A program made the position numbers and the translations under genes. DNA of 63,810 nucleotides, counting the filler, from Vannella sp. (taxonomy: Eukaryota): assembly GCA_023345925.1 (NCBI GenBank). It is 4 parts of 4 records of this genome, joined end to end, with 100 filler letters (N's around TTAATTAATTAA, not from the genome) between each part and the next. Parts side by side here need not be neighbours in the genome. Positions count along the whole stretch, not along the records: positions 52,317 to 59,896 come from JAJQQN010001120.1; positions 59,997 to 63,810 come from JAJQQN010001074.1; 2 more parts are not named here. One strand, written 5' to 3'. The notes under the pieces are model-generated. The model did not search any database. It was given only the letters and a program-made list of their open reading frames with translations, and was not told where the DNA came from. This document shows positions 57,808 to 63,810 of this stretch, one piece after another (the first letter of the stretch is position 1; every line of letters starts with the position of its first letter).

Positions 57808-59896
57808 ATGGATGTGCAAGTGGTGGGAGTGGCCTTGTTAGTGGGCAATCTCGCCCTCTTTGTGGTGCTTTACGGGGTTGTCTCCCTATTGAAGCGAGGA
57901 AGGGTGATTAAGGTGATGTGGCGCCCTTCTTATCGTGCCTTGTAGCTCACGGGGAGCGAAGTTGGTCCCAGTGGAGGATGTTCGGGAGACTACGTACACT
58001 TTCCCGCACTTTTCTGCTCCAACTTTGAAAGGTGTATCTCTAAGGTACGCTTATGGTCGTGTCACTTGACCAGTGACTGAGAAAGGGAGTAGTTTGGTCG
58101 TGTTCTTGGTGGAAACGTTCTCCTTTGTTCGCCAGATCCTCCGTTCGTCGAATCACATGAACGTACTTCGCCAATATCATGTTCCAGAGGCTCCTACCTT
58201 CTTTCCCATCCACTATCCGACCGCATCACTGAAAGAGAAAGCTCCCGCTTCTTCTCTCTCTCTCACCAAGATCTGCGACGCCTCTGTGAGCTCTTCAAAC
58301 AACGTAGCATCTGGAGAGTTCCGTTATCATACGGTTAGGGACTACCGAGCGGCCTACTTGTCTGGAAAGAAGACTCCTTCCGATGTGGCGGAGAACTTAA
58401 TCGCCGCTCTTCAGGGACACTGCAAGGTTCTACGGGCCATCGTGGAGTACGACGCTACCTCTATAAGAGAGCAAGCGAAGGAGAGTACCCAGCGCTTCAA
58501 GGACAAGAACCCGCGGAGTCTTCTGGAAGGAATTCCCATCTCGGTGAAGGATCAGATTCAAGTGGAGGGCTTACGCACTTCTAAGGGTTTGCGGACATCG
58601 CAATCTACAGAAGGTTAGCTACAAAGGGAGCAGAAGCCTTGGATAGTGCTGATTGGGACTAGTGGACGCCGCAGTGGTGAGGAGATTGAGGGAAGCGGGT
58701 GCAATCATCTACGGCAAGGCTAATCAGACCGAAATGGGCATTCATGTGACTGGTAACTCACCTCAAGAAGGCAATACGCGTTCGCTAATGCCAGGTTAGG
58801 CCTTAATGCGAACAAGAGATACGGGCATTGCCGGAATCCTTACAATCCGGCTCATCACACGGGAGGCTCTTCGTCTGGAAGCGGTTCTGCAGTCGTATGT
58901 GGTATCACTTAGTTCTTGGTGAACTGATTGTTGTACTCTAGGGTGCAGGACTTGGTCCGATTAGTGTGGCTGCCGATGGGGGAGGCTCCATTCGGATTCC
59001 GGCATCTTTATGTGGAGCCGTTGGGATCAAACCAACTTGTGGCAGAAATCCACTTACAGTAGGGACTGCAACGCTTCGAATTCTAGGCACCTGACTTGAT
59101 GATAGGGAGATACTGCCTGCTTTGGAAGTACTGTTGATGTTGTTGGGCCAGTGACAGTCTCGGCAGAGGATGCTGCAATCGCAATGGCAATCATGTCTGG
59201 ATTGGACCAGCAGGACCCTTTGTCACTCCATTCCCCTCCTTTCTCTCTTGACTTGTTTGAAAGCTCTTTGCCAAATCCTCAGAATCTTGATGGAATACGG
59301 ATTGGAGTGTATCAGGAGTGGATCAATGACTCTCCGAAGGAGATTTCAGAAGCGTGCTGGGAGATGGTCCGAAGATTTGAACAGTTTGGGGCCGAGATTG
59401 TCCAAATCAAGGTGCCAGAACTGCACTTGATGGTTCCTGGACACGTCACCGCAATATCTTCTGAGATGTACACGGATATTCATGATCTGTTAGGTTCAAA
59501 TTCATCTTCCCTCACTCTACCAAGTCGCCTTCTCTTCTCGTAAGTCTTTCTTCGTCTTTCTTCGTCTCACAATCGATAGCTTGGTGAGTGGCAACTTAGC
59601 TTGTGATTACCTTCAATCGGCAAAAGTACGGACTCGCGTTATGGCTCACTTTCGGTCCATTTTGGAGAAAGTTGATTTCATAATGACTCCGGCCAATGCC
59701 ACTGCCGCTCCCTCCATTCCAAAGAGGTTATCTGATTCCCAAGAGGAATCAAACTTACTCAAACAAGTAAGTTCATTCAAAGGGATACCGCAAATCAGTC
59801 TAAATGAGACCAAAAGGATGCCATAATGCAGTATATGCACGCTGCCAATTTCACTGGACTCCCAGCTTGCGTCTTTCCGGCATCCTACACGAAAGA
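57808..59896 (+). CDS. Amidase-signature enzyme (fatty acid amide hydrolase-like) with N-terminal TM; many introns; cut by the contig end
   Basis: [61 protein letters not shown]. Confidence 0.92.
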
Positions 59897-59996
59897 NNNN
59901 NNNNNNNNNNNNNNNNNNNNNNNNNNNNNNNNNNNNNNNNTTAATTAATTAANNNNNNNNNNNNNNNNNNNNNNNNNNNNNNNNNNNNNNNNNNNN
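59897..59996. other. Artificial contig linker
   Basis: N44-TTAATTAATTAA-N44. Confidence 0.98.
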
Positions 59997-60045
59997 TGAG
60001 CCCGTCGGACAAGTCGATTCACAGACTAACCGGATGAAAGGAGGC

Positions 60046-61298
60046 TTCGGTTCCATTTCCACCTTTAGCTTCAACCACCCAAACGGTGGAGTTGGATTCG
60101 GTGAAATCAAGGTGGATGAGAACGGTTCCCCCAGCGCCTCCTTTCATCCGGTTAGTCTGTGAATCGACTTGTCCGACGGGCTCACCTCCTCCTCCTCCTC
60201 CTTCAGGAGCTAACCCTCGAGAAACCCCATTAGCTCTGATATGCACTCGGATTGGGGCCTGAGAATTCACCAGTCTGCTTGCGTGGAAGTAGATCAGTCC
60301 TCCTCCTCGTTGTCCATTGGATGCTCTCGCACTTTTTGAACTCCATCCACACCCTCCTCCACCACCTAAACACCATCAGAATACTTTCTTAAGGATATCG
60401 TCTTACCCAGGAACATCCTTTCATCATGAGGAACGGGGCCAGCTCCTATTCCCGGTCCAGCATTTGGATTACCAGAAAGACCGTCACCTCCAGCTCCTCT
60501 GTTCGACCCTCCTCCTCCTCCAGTATTTATTGCATTTCCACCACCACCAGCGTTCCCAGGAGAGCCTCTGGCAAACTCCCACTTGTCTGGGTAGGTTGTG
60601 TTTTGGGGAAATTGACTTGGTTGCCCAATGAAGCCTTCTCCTTTCCTTGCGTTTGTACGGCCAGAATCTGCGTAAGTGAAGTTGTCATAAGGGTCGTTTG
60701 CATTAGAGACGCTCTCAGTTCCTCCTCGGAAGCCGGCACCATCTGCATTCAGCTTGGCTCCGTTGTTGACGATCAGATGGAGGGCCACTAAAGGCAGCAC
60801 GCCGCCCTTCTTGCCGTCCCATGGTGGAGCTGAAATGGACGTGGAAATGGTTGAAAGCCAGCAGACAGGAAAGCTGACCACTTGGAACCTTGCAGAGACA
60901 CCGGAAACGTACGAGAAGTTCAGCGGAAGCAGCAATTCGATGATTGTCTCGTTGGTAGCGCTTATAGTAGCCTTTCCCACGTGGTTGAATTCGTAGAGGC
61001 CCACAGCGCCGAGGTCGTCGTTCAAGTAGCCAAATCCTCCTCCAGAACCGTCTCCGTAATAGTTGCTGTTTTCGTTGACGACCTTGCCACCTTGGATCTG
61101 GATGATCATCAAAGCACCGGAGAAGTTCCCGTTCAGGACTCTCACAGTGACGGTGTTGCTCGGCAGGTCGACGCTCACTCCCTCGTAATGGAGAAAGTCA
61201 GCCGAAGTGATGTTGCACGCAGGCACCGGGAAGCATTGACAGCTCACGAACGCACAAAGAGTCACGAAGATCACTCCAATACCCCCAGGGAAGAGCAT
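60046..61298 (-). CDS. Secreted Gly-rich-head protein, paralog of 727-4094; 3' part lost at the contig end
   Basis: Signal peptide; shared blocks ALMIIQIQGG, GLYEF, RFQVV, PPWDGKKGGVL, GFRGG, KGEGFIG, ARGSPGNAGGGG; introns at the same two positions as in 727-4094. Confidence 0.85.
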
Positions 61299-61340
61299 GA
61301 GCAAATGTGCTCGAGAACGCCAAAACTAGGACGACAGAAG

Positions 61341-61388
61341 AGGAGGGCTTCCGATTGGTCGGCCCAGGAGGGTTCCGATTGGTCGGCC
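61341..61388. promoter_or_regulatory. Tandem duplicated CCAAT-box-containing element upstream of the Gly-rich gene
   Basis: aggaggg(c)ttccgattggtcggcc occurs twice, 40-90 bp upstream of the ATG at 61298. Confidence 0.55.
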
Positions 61389-61547
61389 TTTTCTTTGGCT
61401 ATCTGTTGCTTCAGCTCTTGAGTTCTCTGTGAAGGACCTGTTCCATCAATAAGAGGGTAAGGGTCGGGAAATCCAGTTTATTGGGCGGGAAAGGGGAAAG
61501 GGGAAAGGGGCGGAATACTGTCACAATTGATGGAGGGGCTCGTCTCC

Positions 61548-63227
61548 TCACATGGGCGGGTGGGGAGCGGCCATGTCCATGAGATCCACGGCGCCGTTCG
61601 TGTGGATGTCGGAAGGGGGAGCGGCAAGAGGGTCTTCTGATGCACTGTCAAAAGGGAGAGGCTGGGCCATGTCTCCCAGATCGGAGGGGGCCTCACTCAT
61701 GTGGAAGGGAGGAAGGGGATGAGCGCCAACGGGCAAGACCATCGGAGGACCCAAGAATGCAGTGCCCAAATGGTGCTCGTGTTGTTGCATGTGGAGGGGG
61801 ACAGCCCCTAACGGTGCTGTCGGAATGACCGCAACAGGCTTCACCTTGACAACAGGAGGGGCTCGAACGATGCCCTCGGCTAAGTCCATGGCGATAGCTT
61901 GGTCTTGGATCGCCTTGCGAGCCTTTCGCCCCTTTGTACGGGACAGAACACTGGCGCCAGACTCGTTGGGGATGCGGGGATCAGCTTTGTAGCGCAGGAG
62001 CATCTCAATCATCTCCGTGTTGCCCTTCCAACCGACAATGTGAAGCAAAGTGCCTCCCATGTCCTCCCAGGAGAAGTTGGGGTTCGCCCCGTGCTTCAAG
62101 AAGACCTCCAGGCATTCCTCTCGCTCCATCACAGCAGCGTACACCAGTGGGGGAACGCCCTCGCCAATGTCTTGTTCCTTTCCGCGGCCCGCTCGGATGA
62201 TCTTGGACTCGGGCGTTGCAACTCCCAGCAGTGGAAGGAAGAGCTCCTTCTTCTTGTCGAAGAGTACCTCCAAAGCAGCGACATTGTGCGCGTAGACGCA
62301 CCGGTTCAGCACCTCAGGACTGTAAAAGATCTCTGGCTGGGGGAAGCGCTCAGGGTCGGGCACACAGTCCTCGAGGAAGGCCAGAAGGGGGAGAGTCTTG
62401 CGCTTGTGCTCGTCATTCATGGTAACGTCCATCATCTCCATGATCGCCTCTCCATCGGGAGAGACTTTGGTGTTGCGGATGATGTACTCGGCAATCTCGA
62501 GCTCACGGGCTTTGATGGCCTCGCGGAGGGACAGTTCAAAGTCATACGGAGAGAACTCCTCCTTGTACTCGGTCAGGAAGATCCGAACGAGCTCCATATC
62601 GCCGCACTCCGCGGCCACAGTAAGGTACGTGAAGAAGGACATGCCATCCCGGCTCATCAGAGTGACAGCAGGGTTCCCTCCGTGGTCTAGACACATCTTC
62701 AGCTCGTTGTGCATCTTCTCGTCAAGAATGTGGCGCTTTCCAAAGTCGTGGTAAAGGCGAAGCATTCGGTCCGTTGCTGCGTGGCTCCACTTGTTCTCTG
62801 GGTCCTGGAAGTCATCCACCAAGAGGTCAGACTTCTTCCTGCGAGGGCGCCGAGGGGAAGGATCGGCTACTTCGCCAGTTTGGCTGTGATCGTATCCAAG
62901 AGGATACGGGATGCCCGTGTCGGCAGCGGCAGCGCTCGCAGGAGCTTCATACAGCTCGCCAGAGGGCTGCTCTGGGAGGGTCTGAGCTGCGTCCTCCAGT
63001 TTGTGGACCACATCAACAGAAGCAGCTGGTGCCTCACTCGATAGAGCCGTACCAAAGTCAGGAAAGTCTGAGAAGATAGAGCTTTCAGTAGTGGTAGTAG
63101 CCTCAGTGGTGGAAGGATCCACCAGGGAGAGGATGTCTTCGAGTTTGGCCTTCTTCTCCGCCGACTCTCCCTCCACGGGGGGTTCCAAAGGACGCTTATC
63201 ACCGAGAATATCTGTTGGTTCGTTCAT
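61548..63227 (-). CDS. Ankyrin-repeat protein with low-complexity termini and basic NLS-like patches
   Basis: TYLTVAAECGDMELVRIFL, GVPPLVYAA..HGANPN, GGTLLHIVGWKGNTEMIEMLLRYKADP; start placed at MNEPTD. Confidence 0.85.
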   Translation of the reverse strand: MNEPTDILGDKRPLEPPVEGESAEKKAKLEDILSLVDPSTTEATTTTESSIFSDFPDFGTALSSEAPAASVDVVHKLEDAAQTLPEQPSGELYEAPASAAAADTGIPYPLGYDHSQTGEVADPSPRRPRRKKSDLLVDDFQDPENKWSHAATDRMLRLYHDFGKRHILDEKMHNELKMCLDHGGNPAVTLMSRDGMSFFTYLTVAAECGDMELVRIFLTEYKEEFSPYDFELSLREAIKARELEIAEYIIRNTKVSPDGEAIMEMMDVTMNDEHKRKTLPLLAFLEDCVPDPERFPQPEIFYSPEVLNRCVYAHNVAALEVLFDKKKELFLPLLGVATPESKIIRAGRGKEQDIGEGVPPLVYAAVMEREECLEVFLKHGANPNFSWEDMGGTLLHIVGWKGNTEMIEMLLRYKADPRIPNESGASVLSRTKGRKARKAIQDQAIAMDLAEGIVRAPPVVKVKPVAVIPTAPLGAVPLHMQQHEHHLGTAFLGPPMVLPVGAHPLPPFHMSEAPSDLGDMAQPLPFDSASEDPLAAPPSDIHTNGAVDLMDMAAPHPPM

Positions 63228-63810
63228 TCCGTAAGTCTTCAACGCGTGTAGAACAGCACCGAGACCGGGAGGACGAAAAAATGGCTGCAACGGTCATCCT
63301 CTGACTTTTCGGTTGGTGGAAGCGGTCGAGGTGACATTTGACCAGAAAGGAGAGGTCCAGAAGGCTAGCAAACCATCAAATATGTTTAGTTATAATATAT
63401 TCTTTTTTCAGGACCGATTCTTACCTCTCCAGCAATCTCCAAGAGGGAGTTAGGAAACCCCGCTGGGATCGAGAGAAATCAGCTCGTCCTCACTTCCCGG
63501 CGATCCACTGGCCCTCTCATTTACCAAATCAATGATTTGGATTATTATCAAGAAGAGGTCAAAGTCTAGTCTTTCCCAGACCCACCAGAAAGAGGTTCCG
63601 GAAAGGGGCCTCATTTAAATCGGGAAAAAATCGTAACCCCAAGAAGGACCTTCAACACTCTCCTGCGGATTAGAATCAAAAGGCTCACTTTCTGCCTTCT
63701 CGTGCCGCCCGCTCTTCTCACTGGCTGTCTGTCAAGCTCTGGCGGCACGGAGTCTGAAGTAACCAGGGTGATTCGAGAGGGCTGAACTGCCTTCTCTGAT
63801 GTTCTCTTCT

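Noticed and set aside
61899..62690. 263-aa + strand ORF and similar long antisense ORFs elsewhere
   Set aside because: Shadows of well-supported genes on the opposite strand, with no domain signal.
1..63810. Alternative genetic code, tRNA/rRNA genes, transposases
   Set aside because: In-frame stops are explained by short introns, and conserved proteins translate with the standard code. No RNA genes or transposase motifs were recognised by eye; a covariance-model search would be needed to exclude small ncRNAs.

Overview
This is eukaryotic nuclear DNA from a very gene-dense protist genome with short GT-AG introns (about 30-110 nt) and the standard genetic code. The gene content (RWP-RK factor, Clu/TPR protein, filamin-ARM-TKL kinase, SvkA-like kinase, single-pass GPS proteins) suggests an amoeboid protist, possibly Amoebozoa; this is inference only. 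The window is four contigs joined by artificial N44-TTAATTAATTAA-N44 linkers (1-23890, 23991-52216, 52317-59896, 59997-63810), so adjacency across linkers means nothing. About 30 genes can be read. The most striking feature is a family of secreted single-pass receptors built as variable head + Ser/Thr stalk + GAIN/GPS autoproteolysis module + one TM helix. One member has an LRR head made of nine identical-length (69 nt), same-phase exons, each encoding one LRR. The exons are split in the middle of the ligand-facing beta-strand, and amino-acid variation is concentrated at the residues around the splice junctions. This is a candidate combinatorial or diversifying receptor system, although exon 1 of this copy is frameshifted. 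Other notable items are an intron-containing bacterial-type RecD2 helicase with a mitochondrial-like presequence, a PARP14-like Macro/WWE protein lacking the ART domain, a TRIM-like RING-Bbox-coiled-coil protein ending in an NBR1-FW domain, and several probable pseudo-enzymes.
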